A DNA stretch of 64,000 nt from positions 434,001 to 498,000 of the forward strand of contig JADEYG010000003.1 in assembly GCA_016906335.1 (NCBI GenBank), given 5' to 3'. The notes beneath the pieces were generated by a model. The model saw only the letters and a list, made by a program, of their open reading frames with translations. It did not search any database and was not told where the DNA came from. The position numbers and the translations under genes were made by a program. The first letter of the stretch is position 1; every line of letters starts with the position of its first letter. Origin of the DNA: Novakomyces olei (taxonomy: Eukaryota). Positions 50,033 through 64,000 of the stretch are shown one piece after another.

Positions 50033-51029
50033 GAGGCGTTTCAACACAAGAAGCAATGAGTGTTCTCGCCGACTGATTTCAAATCAAATCAAATGATTAT
50101 TCAATTTACTTTAGATTTGCCGAGGGGCTGATGTGATCATAGTTTTATTACGTGCTTACGTACAGCCTCTAGCATTTCTGACTTTAATCCGTACTATATC
50201 TATACATGAATTTTCAGCAACCCCAAATTTTGCCTTCATATTTCGTTTTTTTTCATTTATTCAAGTTGCTTGATAATTCATATCTTTTGACACTTGATAG
50301 TTTATCCCTTTCCCGACTTGTCTACTCTCATGATATTCCTCTATCCCAATTTGCTCAAATATTTTGTCCATTGTTTTTTGAAAGTCATCATATAAATTCC
50401 AGCAACACTTTTCTACGATATGGCTTTGTCTCTTTTCGTTGATGTTGGTGATATCATCTGTCCTGCATGACGGAGACCAATGTTAATACTTTCACTGTGT
50501 ATGTGACGGCTATATAAGAGAGCCGGAGTTTGTGGGTTCTAGCGGCGGGACTAGGGAATTGCAATAAAAGCAGATACGCAATCAAATAACATCACAAAAC
50601 GCTTTCCAGATTAATCTTGTTTATTTGCCAATTTTGCTTTATTTTTTTTTATTATTAAACTTGTATTTGCAAACTGTATCGAGAGCTGTCAAAAGATAGC
50701 ATGGTACGATTTTGAAGCAACTTTGTTACTTCTCGTTGGCTAGAGTGACAGCCGACCGTGCCTTAAACTTGTACGAATTGACATGTATAGAACAAGTGAA
50801 TTGCAAGACTCATTACCACTTTTTTTTGCTCAGGCAAACTGGTTCAGAATAATTATCCAAATAAATTTCCTGCCCTTTGCTTTTGCAAATATTTCATACC
50901 TCCTGCTATATATCTGTTCCATCGATCGTGATACTTTTAGCGTTACATTGAGTTTCAGTCGCGCAATACAAAACACAGATAAATACGAGGCAAATAGAGC
51001 AAATTGTGACTCTGGAGAGACGATGTTGT

Positions 51030-51030
<1 letters not shown>

Positions 51031-51101
<71 letters not shown>

Positions 51102-51102
51102 A
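51031..51102. repeat. (TAAA)n microsatellite
   Basis: Perfect tetranucleotide run. Confidence 0.95.
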
Positions 51103-51414
51103 TATAAATAATCAATCAATTATTAATAGGACGAACAGCATCGATATTTGTAGGCCATTTATAAATCAAAGCGCGCAGCCACGTCCTCGCGTCCTGCCTC
51201 TAAGGCTTACGCAGGCTATACTGGCGAATAACTACGAACCAGTTGTGATCAGCGATGATTATCGCGATTGATCATGGACACGAGTATGATAATATCCAAG
51301 CGACGCAGTACATCCAAGGGTACTACCCTCGTGTCTATACGAGTACGCATGGCGGGATACAATGGACGGCACTATATTTATGAAAATTTAAGAGCAAAAT
51401 TAATTACTGAATCG

Positions 51415-52738
51415 CTAATGGAAAAAAGACATGGCCTTGTTGACTTCGTCAGTGCTTCCGATAAAAATACCGCTGCGAGAATGAATGTGCTCCGGCACGA
51501 TATCGAGGATACGACGGTGTCCGTCAGAGGCTTTCCCTCCCGCCTGCTCTACGAGCAAAGCCATAGGATAGCACTCGTAGAGCAGCCTCAGTTTCCCGTC
51601 CTTGGACTTTTTGTCTGCCGGGTAGGCAAAAATGCCACCGTACAGCAGTGTACGGTGCATGTCGGCCACCATAGACCCAATGTATCGCGCACTATAAGGC
51701 TTTGCCCCTCCAGTAGGAAACTTGATTGCATGAATCCAGTCCTGAACGCCCTTGTCGTAGTAGACGGCATTGCCCTCGTTTATGCTGTAAATGCTACGGG
51801 ATTTGGGGATACGGATGTTTGGGTGAGAGAGGATAAACTCGCCCAGCGAATTATCCAGGGTGAACCCGTTCACGCCGGCACCCGTGGTCATTACGAGATT
51901 GGCACTGGCAGCGTACATGCAGTATCCGCCGGCAATCATCTCCGTTCCCGGCCGGAGCACGTCGCTGACAGAGCCGGCAGAGCCCTCCGCCAAACGGTAG
52001 ATACCAAAGATAGTGCCGACAGAGACACCGGCGTCCAAGTTGGAGGACCCGTCGATCGGGTCACAGACGATACAGTAGCGGGCAGATCCGTCGTGCTTCA
52101 CGATAATAGCCTCGTCTTCTTCTTCGCTTACAATCACAGCGACCTTGCCACAGGTACGCATGTTCTCCACAAATATATCGTTGCCGATAACATCGAGTTT
52201 TTTTTGGTCATCGCCAGTAGCGTTTGCCGTTCCAGCGAGGCCGACAAGGTTGATGAGCGACGCTCGGCGGATATTGTACGCAATGGCCTTGCACGTGAAC
52301 TGTAGCGCTGCCGAGTTAGAAGAGTCAATATGGCAAGAAAGTGGATCAGTGCTGTACACGAGAAATAAAGGATAAATAAAGAGGAGAAATAAAGTGGAGA
52401 AATGAATAGACAAGAGAATAGACGACAAGAGAATAAAAGAGCAATAAAGGAGGGATAAATAAAAGACAAACTAATAGGGGGAGAGCAATTGGAAAGAGTG
52501 CAAATTGCAAGAGCCCAGGCACAGGCGCTGCCGTGCAGCCCGAGAGCAAACCTAGTGGGCAGATAGGATAAATAGACAGAAAAATGACAGAAAAATGACA
52601 TAAATGACAATGGCCGATACCAGAGAGAAGAATAGAAAAGTCTCCAGACGCTTCGTGACCGAGTTTAGCTTGCTCGTGCAGGATAAACTTGGTCAGAGTC
52701 ATAATCTCCGTCTGCACTTGGGCCGACATGTCCGCCAT
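51415..52738 (-). CDS. FBP1: Fructose-1,6-bisphosphatase; complement(join(51415..52307,52621..52738))
   Basis: GDDQKKLDV, DPIDGSSN, RYIGSMVADMHRTL and GKLRLLYEC motifs. Confidence 0.96.
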
Positions 52739-53207
52739 GGTGAGTGATATGGGATGAGAATGGGGATTAATTGGCTTATTTATACAATACGAAAACCTAA
52801 TCCACAGTGCACATGGCTACTGTGAATAGTCTAATATATGGATGGGCCATACTATTCCGGCACTATACCAAAGATGCGCCTGTATACTTGTTTCTGCCTT
52901 TATACGCAGCACGCCGTACCTGAACCATAGTATGGCTATACATTACTCTAATTCCTTTAAACTTTGTTTAAACTTCTCTTTAACTCCTCTAACTCTGTCT
53001 TTAAGCCCATACATTAATCCCATTTTTAATCCCAACATTAATTCCAGCCTTAATTCCAGTATTTAATTCCAACATTGTTCCAACTTTAATTCCAACATTA
53101 GTATCGGTATTTAATTCCAACACTAAACATTATTCCACCTTTAATTCGTTCATTATTCCACACTACGCAGCATTGCTTGACAAATATTATGTATAAAAAG
53201 ATATAGA

Positions 53208-53232
53208 TCACGTGACCTGGAACGCTTATAAG
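53208..53232 (+). promoter_or_regulatory. E-box TCACGTGAC plus TATA-like element in the divergent FBP1 / snoRNA-host promoter
   Basis: TCACGTGAC at 53208-53216 and CTTATAAG at 53225-53232, ~110 nt upstream of the first snoRNA. Confidence 0.4.
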
Positions 53233-53333
53233 CAGAGTGAAAAATTCTGGCAGGAATACATTAGGCCTTTCCGTCGCGAGGCAAAGTCGCGACAGGCGGC
53301 CAACGAGACGGCCAACGACGTCGTATAACACAT

Positions 53334-53427
53334 TTCGAGGATGATCCAATGACCAATTTCAAACTAGAGTATCTGAGGCTTTTGAACAGCTTGTGATCTC
53401 AAAAGTTTTGCACGTCAGTCTGAGTTG
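53334..53427 (+). ncRNA. snR78: Box C/D snoRNA, snR78 homolog (LSU Um2421 in yeast numbering)
   Basis: Box C AGGATGA 53338; guide CAAACTAGAGT complementary to LSU ACUCUAGUUUG; D' CTGA 53373; D CTGA 53420. Confidence 0.88.
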
Positions 53428-53546
53428 GAAACTGCGCCGTTATCGTCTCGTATGCCGCCTGTCAGAGTGTGCCTGCTTTCACGACGGCCAATGCCTTGAG
53501 ATTAGGTGTTTGCTGTTTAAAAGTTTTAGGTATGTTTTTCTTTTTT

Positions 53547-53640
53547 GGGCAATGAAGAAATCAAACAAAATGGAATTACCGACTGAAGGAGGAAACTCCC
53601 TGACGAAAATTCTGTGCTGCAAATACTCATTCCTGAGCCC
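53547..53640 (+). ncRNA. snR77: Box C/D snoRNA, snR77 homolog (SSU Um578)
   Basis: Terminal stem GGGC/GCCC; box C ATGAAGA; guide TGGAATTACCG complementary to SSU CGGUAAUUCCA; D' 53583; D 53633. Confidence 0.9.
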
Positions 53641-53752
53641 AACTCTTGTCTTTTTTTTTTTTTTTTTTTTTTTGGGTATTTTATATATTTCGTTTTTAGA
53701 TTTTCTTTTACCTCTCTAACTTTCAAGGTAAGTTTGCTTTGCGTTAAAGGCC

Positions 53753-53831
53753 GCCGCAAGATGAAACGCACTGGGCACTGAGTGACTCGTTGAAGAAATG
53801 CTACTGGGCCTAGAAAACCCTGTCTGAAGGC
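53753..53831 (+). ncRNA. snR76: Box C/D snoRNA, snR76 homolog (LSU Cm2197)
   Basis: Box C AAGATGA; guide GCACTGGGCA complementary to LSU UGCCCAGUGC; D' 53778; C' TTGAAGA; D 53824. Confidence 0.88.
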
Positions 53832-53942
53832 TATGGCCTAGCGCTGCTGTATTGCCTTTCTTGTTCTGACAGTATTTAGTTCACTGGGCTGCGTAGTTTG
53901 ATACGGAGGTAAGTAGTAAACTAGAAATTTTACGCGGCAAGC

Positions 53943-54023
53943 TTGGTTGATGATTTCTGATGACGAGTCCGATATTTCGTGACGACAACACATTTTTTTA
54001 CCATTCATGCCTTAGCTGACTCG
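53943..54023 (+). ncRNA. snR75: Box C/D snoRNA, snR75 homolog (LSU Gm2288)
   Basis: Box C TTGATGA; guide GATGACGAG; D' CCGA; C' GTGACGA; extra element CCATTCATGC; D CTGA 54016. Confidence 0.9.
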
Positions 54024-54142
54024 CTTGCCAGCATTTAAAATTGCGTTTTGTCAACGATTTTATTACTTTTTTGCTAATAGTCAAGTCAGATGATTATATG
54101 GTTGGTATGACATTTATGCTCTTCAAAAGGGGGCGCGGCCAT

Positions 54143-54218
54143 AGTAGGATGATAGCATTTTCAAAAGACAAGCATATGTCAGATCTTTGGAAATGAAGTT
54201 AACTTTGAGGTCTGAACT
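54143..54218 (+). ncRNA. snR74: Box C/D snoRNA, snR74 homolog (SSU Am28)
   Basis: Box C AGGATGA; guide AGACAAGCATATG complementary to SSU CAUAUGCUUGUCU; D' CAGA; D CTGA 54212. Confidence 0.92.
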
Positions 54219-54370
54219 TTGAGTAACGCCCTCTTGCAAGTTTATGAGCTTTTTGCTTTGGCATATTAACGACTACAGACACAAATCGTCTCCTTATATA
54301 AATATGTATATATATTGCTTATCAATCACTCGAGGTATGTTTGTGAAATTAGGTATTCAAGGCCTTTAAA

Positions 54371-54465
54371 GCTACAGTGATGAATTACGATTAAAATCTC
54401 ACGACTGTCTTTTGAGTCGGGCAAAAAGCTCGATAGTGAAACAGTCATAATCCAGTAGACTGAGC
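54371..54465 (+). ncRNA. snR73: Box C/D snoRNA, snR73 homolog (LSU Cm2959)
   Basis: Box C GTGATGA; guide CTCACGACTGTCT (one mismatch to LSU AGACCGUCGUGAG); D' TTGA; D CTGA 54460; expected position in the cluster order. Confidence 0.85.
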
Positions 54466-54706
54466 AAGCTTTAAAGGGCTTTTACTCGCCTTTAATATGC
54501 TTTTATGCAACGCTAATATTTCAGGTCTTTAAGCTTGTCAAGTTTAGAAAATGGGAATGGCTTTATTGCTTTGGTCATTTAATAATGAGCTTCGTAACAT
54601 TTGACTGACTTCTAAAACCATTACATTACAACAACAGAAAACAATAAAAACATTAATAAAAGCAATGTAAAGATTGCATCGAATCATAGATATAAACATG
54701 CAGCAG

Positions 54707-55709
54707 CTAACGCTTGACTCTGCCCTTTTCACTCTTTTGCTTTTTTGCCTTTTTCCCACCATATTTCTCTTCTAACCGCGTCACCAAATCGCCCATTGCC
54801 GTTTTATGGCGGGCCTTTATCAAAGCACCCAAGGCTTCAGTATCGTCCTCACCAGCCGCGTGTCCCTTTTTGTGTTTTTGTAGCTTTTCGTCCAATCCAA
54901 GCTCGCGTCGCAGCTCTTCTGCTTCTTCCGCCTCTTTTCGCGCTCGACGTTTACGCGTCTTAATATCGCGATCTGTATCACGACGCTTGTATGCGGTATA
55001 TAAAGGCACTTGAGATTTCTCAATAGCTTCGTCGATAATGCCCCTAAACCGATCATCATCCTGTTCAGCATCGCTGCACATAACAATAGTAAACAGTTTG
55101 TTCATATCGCCTTTACTCGTCTCGTACGCCGCGAGTATATCCTCTTTTTCCTCATCGCTTTCTACAAAAGTCAGTCGCGTCAGTTTTGCTTTTATTTGCT
55201 TTATTTAAAATTCTTTATTTAAATTATTCCCTGTTAATTCTTTTTTATTTTTTTATTGCCAGTATCATGAACTTTTTTGGCTGTGCTAGACTTTTGCCTT
55301 TTGCTCCACAATAGGCATATGCTATTTCAATTTGTATCACTTTTAATCGCTTACCTCTGTAATGTTTGCTGAACTCCGCAATAGCCTCACCGGTCACAAC
55401 TTGATCGTAGCAACCTTTAAAGAAATCCGACCAATCAAAATCATCCTGCTCAAGGGCTTCACTTGTAGATCCTGTCGCGTCATATCGACGTCGCCGCGGC
55501 TCGTCGCTTAGGATCGCGTTGGCCCACGCGACTTGAGCAAACGTATACTCTGTCTTTTGGCTGCTATATTTCTTGTCTGGGTGAGTGAGTAGAGCCTGGC
55601 GCCGGTAAGCCTGCCGGACATCCGCAGCACTAGCATCCCGCGCAATACTTAAAACTGCATACGGATCAAGATCAGACAGGTCTTCAAGCTCAGGCGGCTG
55701 TTTTGTCAT
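54707..55709 (-). CDS. J-domain protein, DNAJC9-like; complement(join(54707..55161,55355..55709))
   Basis: HPD J-domain; DWSDFF; YRESDEEKEDILAAY; KEAEEAEEL and LGALIKAR C-terminal motifs. Confidence 0.88.
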
Positions 55710-56207
55710 TTTCGTGATTTGTATTTATCAATATAATCTGCTTATAAGTGTAATTTATATATTTGTATAATTCATATATACCCGACACGTAAATTTACGT
55801 GTCTTGAAGTAATAAATGGTATGTCAAGAGATATATAAATTATATGTATGTTAATTACGTGTTGATTTTATTATGGCATTAGAAAAGGCACAAGATTATC
55901 AGTCATATTGGATATTAATTTGCTTTCAGATCATTTGCGGATTTTAAGACCGGCGGTCCATGTGCTGAGCGTATCGTGTATTTGTATCAATCCTATTCTT
56001 TAATTCCTATTTCTTTAAACTCATATTTGTTTCTATTCAGATTCACATTTGATATTCCAGTCTATTGTAATTCGGTTTATGATTTATTCTTCAATTAAAT
56101 TCTTTTGCAATAAATATTGTTCGTTTAAATTCTTATTCACATTATTCTTATATACATCATCATGGAAAACATGCCAAAAGCAGCCAGCGCTGGTCACAGC
56201 GAATCCC

Positions 56208-57786
<1,579 letters not shown>

Positions 57787-58181
57787 TAGACCCGAATCGC
57801 TATGAGACAATAGGCATATTGTATTTTTGCTTGGCCATATATAAACTAGTGTATAATAAAGACGGGACGACGGGACTGTCTACTCGCGCGTAATAAGATT
57901 CATGTTATATTATCTACGTATATACGTACAATATTTAATGATATTTAATGTTTGATTAACCATTAGCGTTTTCCTTTGGCAGACGCCACCGCTGTAAAAT
58001 TGTATTAAAATTGCATTAAAATTGTGTTAAAATTGTATTAAAACATTACAACACGAACAGATCTTGTAGATTTAATGTTGAACCATAAAATCGCATACAA
58101 TAGCAAATACTCATAAAATATTCTACTCAAGTCAGAACCAAACTGTCCCGCGGCTCTACGTCATTGGAAATACGACCATTT

Positions 58182-60803
<2,622 letters not shown>

Positions 60804-61298
60804 ACTGAACGATTCAACTTGGGAAAGGTAAAGGAGCTGGTTGAATCAATTATCAATTTTAAATGCTTTTTTGCCAGAGCACGTCAAAATGACGTTGTAA
60901 AGGGGAACGCTTGCCGAGCAGTCTGCGTATCGGCGACGGCCGCCCGCGCGCTCATTATAAATTATGTATTTCCCCATTTTAGCGCGAGAGCGTTTAAACG
61001 AGATTTCGCACGTACCGTTACTTTACCATCTAATCTCCGTCGAAACTGGAGTGAGACAGATTAGCGTATGGGGTTGCGACAGGTGCTGAACGCTCCATTC
61101 AAGCGCGGCAATTTGTTTTGTCCGGAAGTTGGCCAAACTTTGTGATACACGAGCGTGCTGCGTGACGTTTACGCGTTTCCCGCCTACCATTTACGCCTAC
61201 TGTGGATGGCAAATTGTGCGACTGTCTCACTGTATTAGCCAGAATATTATTATTTTTTATTTTATTCTTCGTATTACTATCCCAGCTTTTGGCCAAGC

Positions 61299-61329
61299 GA
61301 TAACGGCAGATAAGCGTGTGTCTGATAAT
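61299..61329. promoter_or_regulatory. Three clustered GATAA sites upstream of the amine oxidase
   Basis: GATAAC 61299, GATAAG 61309, GATAAT 61324. Confidence 0.45.
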
Positions 61330-62107
61330 AGGCTGCCACGTGAAATGCTGATCGAGTCGTTTGCCTCCAAGCAGATGCGATGTAGAAAAGGCTCATAGAA
61401 GGCCCATAAAAGGCTCATTATAGCACTTTATTGTATACATTTGTAGGTCTGTACTTAGTGCTGTATGGCACTGCACACGACACACTTGACGACCGACCGT
61501 CACGGGTCCCGTGCCAATAGAGCGACGAGGTTAGTGGAGTTTGCCTGACCCTCTTCACCACAGTATTGGCGTCTGCGAGCATGGGAATATCAAAGTTCTG
61601 TGCCCTTTGCACTGGATTGGTCCGCAAAACGCGTGACTGGTTCGCTATAATGTTTCAATCACCGAGGTGAGAAGCACGTGCTCTTGGTTTTACCCTGATA
61701 CAGAGGTGGCATTTTTTGGCCTACAGATGCTACAACCTGTGCCTGGTATTACTGTGTAATTATTTACTTTATTGACTGCTGTCGCTTGTATAATCCCTGC
61801 CCTGCGTTGATTGCTGTACCAAACTCTGTACATAAAACACATCCTACTTTAGTGGCAAGAGAGAAGTATAGAGAGCGCATTGTGTAAGAGCGAACCGTGC
61901 AAGAGTGCACGCGGCAGTTTGAGCGAAATATATTAGACACTTTGCATACAGACTGATTCTACAATGCACCCGGACCAATTCGCCCACACTGCACTTTCTA
62001 TCAAGTTGACCTGCACTTTCTATTAAAGTTGACTCAAAGGTTAGAAAGGCATACTTTATTTGTACTGCGACACTACTCTTACATCTTTCCACATTAAATA
62101 GTACTGT

Positions 62108-62132
62108 ACGCGTTAAACAGTAATATACGCGT
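62108..62132. promoter_or_regulatory. Two MCB elements upstream of PSF3
   Basis: ACGCGT at 62108 and 62127, 50-70 nt before the ATG of a replication gene. Confidence 0.6.
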
Positions 62133-62178
62133 TTAATATATACTCGTTCAATGAACATATAGTACGAGCAGCGTGGCA

Positions 62179-63124
62179 ATGAGTCGGTACTTTGATTTGG
62201 ACGATATCGGGACAGAACAGCAGGTAAGCGGGCTGCGTATTTCAAGAATCACTCTGATCACCTGCAGCGTATACCCTGTACCTTCAACGTCGATGTACAA
62301 GGCCTCGGGGAGCTGGAAGGCGCTGGTGAATCTGTTGTAAGTGTATAAAACACGAAAACAATACTTACGGAGCAAGATTAAGCAGGGCACAAAGCTGGAC
62401 TTGCCGCTTTGGATTGCTGACCCGCTGGCAATGCAAGAGTAAGCACACACCGGCCGGTCTTTACTCACAAAATTCAGCGACAGTATCCGTATCGATTGGC
62501 CCTACGCCTTCCAGGGAGAAGTGAGAAACGCGCTACGTGCTAGTGCAATTGCCGTGTCGCTTCGAGACATTTGCCCGAATTATTATGCTCTGGCTAAAAG
62601 ACTGTTGCTATTGTAAGGCCTTTCAAATATAACTCTTCAATGGGAGTTTATTACTATATATTTCATCATTTTTTTTAATTGCCTTATCTGTGGAGTCGGG
62701 CGCTATTGTATTTACACTGTACCGCTCTCTTCATCCTCTCGATTACTCGCCGCCCTCCATACCCATACGTTTAACAGCACTAATTTCAAGGTTTGCCGAC
62801 AACTCACTCGTGTCATTGCTATCCGATGTAAGGAGGAACAACATATCAAATACATGTTATGGAAACACAAGAAAAACCGATACTTATTCTGATAATGTGG
62901 ACTAATTTCAAGACACTGCTTGCACGAGCATGTGAAATAATCGACCATGCCAGCAATCCACGGTCTGCCTTATTTGAAGGACGAGATTTCATTCAGGGGC
63001 TGGATGACAGTGAAGTCATCAGTGAGTATTTAGATTCCTACACGAGCTAATTATCCTAGTCTTTAAATTGGCACACGAGAGCCAAAAAGCTTACAAGAGA
63101 TGGAACGAGCAATCAAGGCGGTAA
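62179..63124 (+). CDS. PSF3: GINS complex subunit Psf3; join(62179..62223,62268..62336,62377..62438,62478..62612,62791..62827,62913..63021,63060..63124)
   Basis: Spliced: MSRYFDLDDIGTEQQRIPCTF, GTKLDLPLWIA, VRNALRA, FIQGLDDSE, HESQKAYKRW; six in-phase introns. Confidence 0.9.
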
Positions 63125-63336
63125 CGCTTGTAAATATCGATTTCTATGCACTCCTTTTAATCGCAGTCTATGATACCAGAAATTAGTCTCGCAAAGTGTA
63201 AATAAATATATATATATAACAACACAAAATCAATCGTCAAAAAAAAAAAAAAAAAAAGAACCAATGTTCAACACCGCATTTGAAGGAGATATATGGATAT
63301 ATGTGTATCGTTGGCCTGTCCAGAAATTCAGACATT

Positions 63337-64000
63337 TTAAGCAACCGTTGCCGGTAGGGAAACTGGAACAGACGCGTACTCTGTCTCCTCACCATTCTCA
63401 TACTCCCACATATCAACAGCGACATCACAGCTTTCTCGTACAATTCTTTCAGCATCTGCCCTAAACGCCACTAAATCTGGCAGAACCTCGTCCGTCCCCA
63501 AACTGCCTAAGGCTTCAGCTGCCTCGTGGCGTACCATACTTTGCTCCGTTGTTCTCCGAAGTGATTCCAACAAGTACTTTGTGCTTTGAGCATTGCTCAT
63601 TTGCCCAAACACAAAGGCACATTCGTGTCTTAAGAGGGCAGAAGGATCGTCCAGTAAAGCACGTCCGATACTGTCAATAGCTGGTCCCGTGCCGATATCT
63701 CGTAAGCGAAACATGGCCCGGTACCGTTTGAAAAGTGGCTCATTCTGATCCTGTAGTATCTTATCGAGTAGCGCAATTTCTGCCTCGGAATCTGAAGCCT
63801 TCACTGGCTGTGCTGACGGAGCCGGATCAATACAATCATAGATAATAGCATCACTTGTAGGGCCCTGAGAGGCTTCCTCAGTAAGCGTCCATTGAATTCT
63901 GTCGAGAGCTAATTCACAAGTCTGCCGAATTACGTCACTTTCTGTTGTGTCATTGCGATATTCTTCCAAAAGGCTTATGCTGCCGCTATCGCCTAATGCA
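63337..64000 (-). CDS. LIA1: Deoxyhypusine hydroxylase, 5'-truncated by window edge
   Basis: DPAP, LFKRYRAMFRLR, LRHECAFVFGQ and VRHEAAEALG HEAT-like motifs. Confidence 0.95.
   Translation of the reverse strand, partial: ALGDSGSISLLEEYRNDTTESDVIRQTCELALDRIQWTLTEEASQGPTSDAIIYDCIDPAPSAQPVKASDSEAEIALLDKILQDQNEPLFKRYRAMFRLRDIGTGPAIDSIGRALLDDPSALLRHECAFVFGQMSNAQSTKYLLESLRRTTEQSMVRHEAAEALGSLGTDEVLPDLVAFRADAERIVRESCDVAVDMWEYENGEETEYASVPVSLPATVA

Noticed and set aside
51268-52305. 345-aa ORF antisense to FBP1
   Set aside because: Shadow ORF.
57800-57838. uORF (MAKQKYNMPIVS*) before KIN28
   Set aside because: It may lie upstream of the transcription start; no independent support.

Overview
Gene-dense window from an intron-containing ascomycete. 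Protein similarity to fission-yeast families plus complex I and dynactin p27 suggests an early-diverging lineage such as Taphrinomycotina (inference only). I reconstructed 22 protein-coding genes by hand from GT-AG sites and CTRAY-type branch points. Two of them are essentially missed by the ORF track: dynactin p27 and GINS PSF3. The non-coding content is the most notable part. A six-member box C/D snoRNA cluster (snR78-77-76-75-74-73, ~53.3-54.5 kb) sits in a spliced non-coding host. It has an apparent zero-nucleotide exon (CTAAC...AAG|GTAAGT) and an apparently exonic snR78 inside a long duplex. A probable box H/ACA RNA lies at ~6.0-6.2 kb. Other oddities are a 6-nt microexon inside a GTPase P-loop, 32-45 nt introns beside microsatellite-inflated ones, a tandem branch-point/acceptor array, spliced leaders with uORFs, and a repeat-derived SQ cluster in Cdc4. 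Family names and rRNA targets come from recalled motifs, not database searches. I saw no tRNA, rRNA, CRISPR array or intact transposon.
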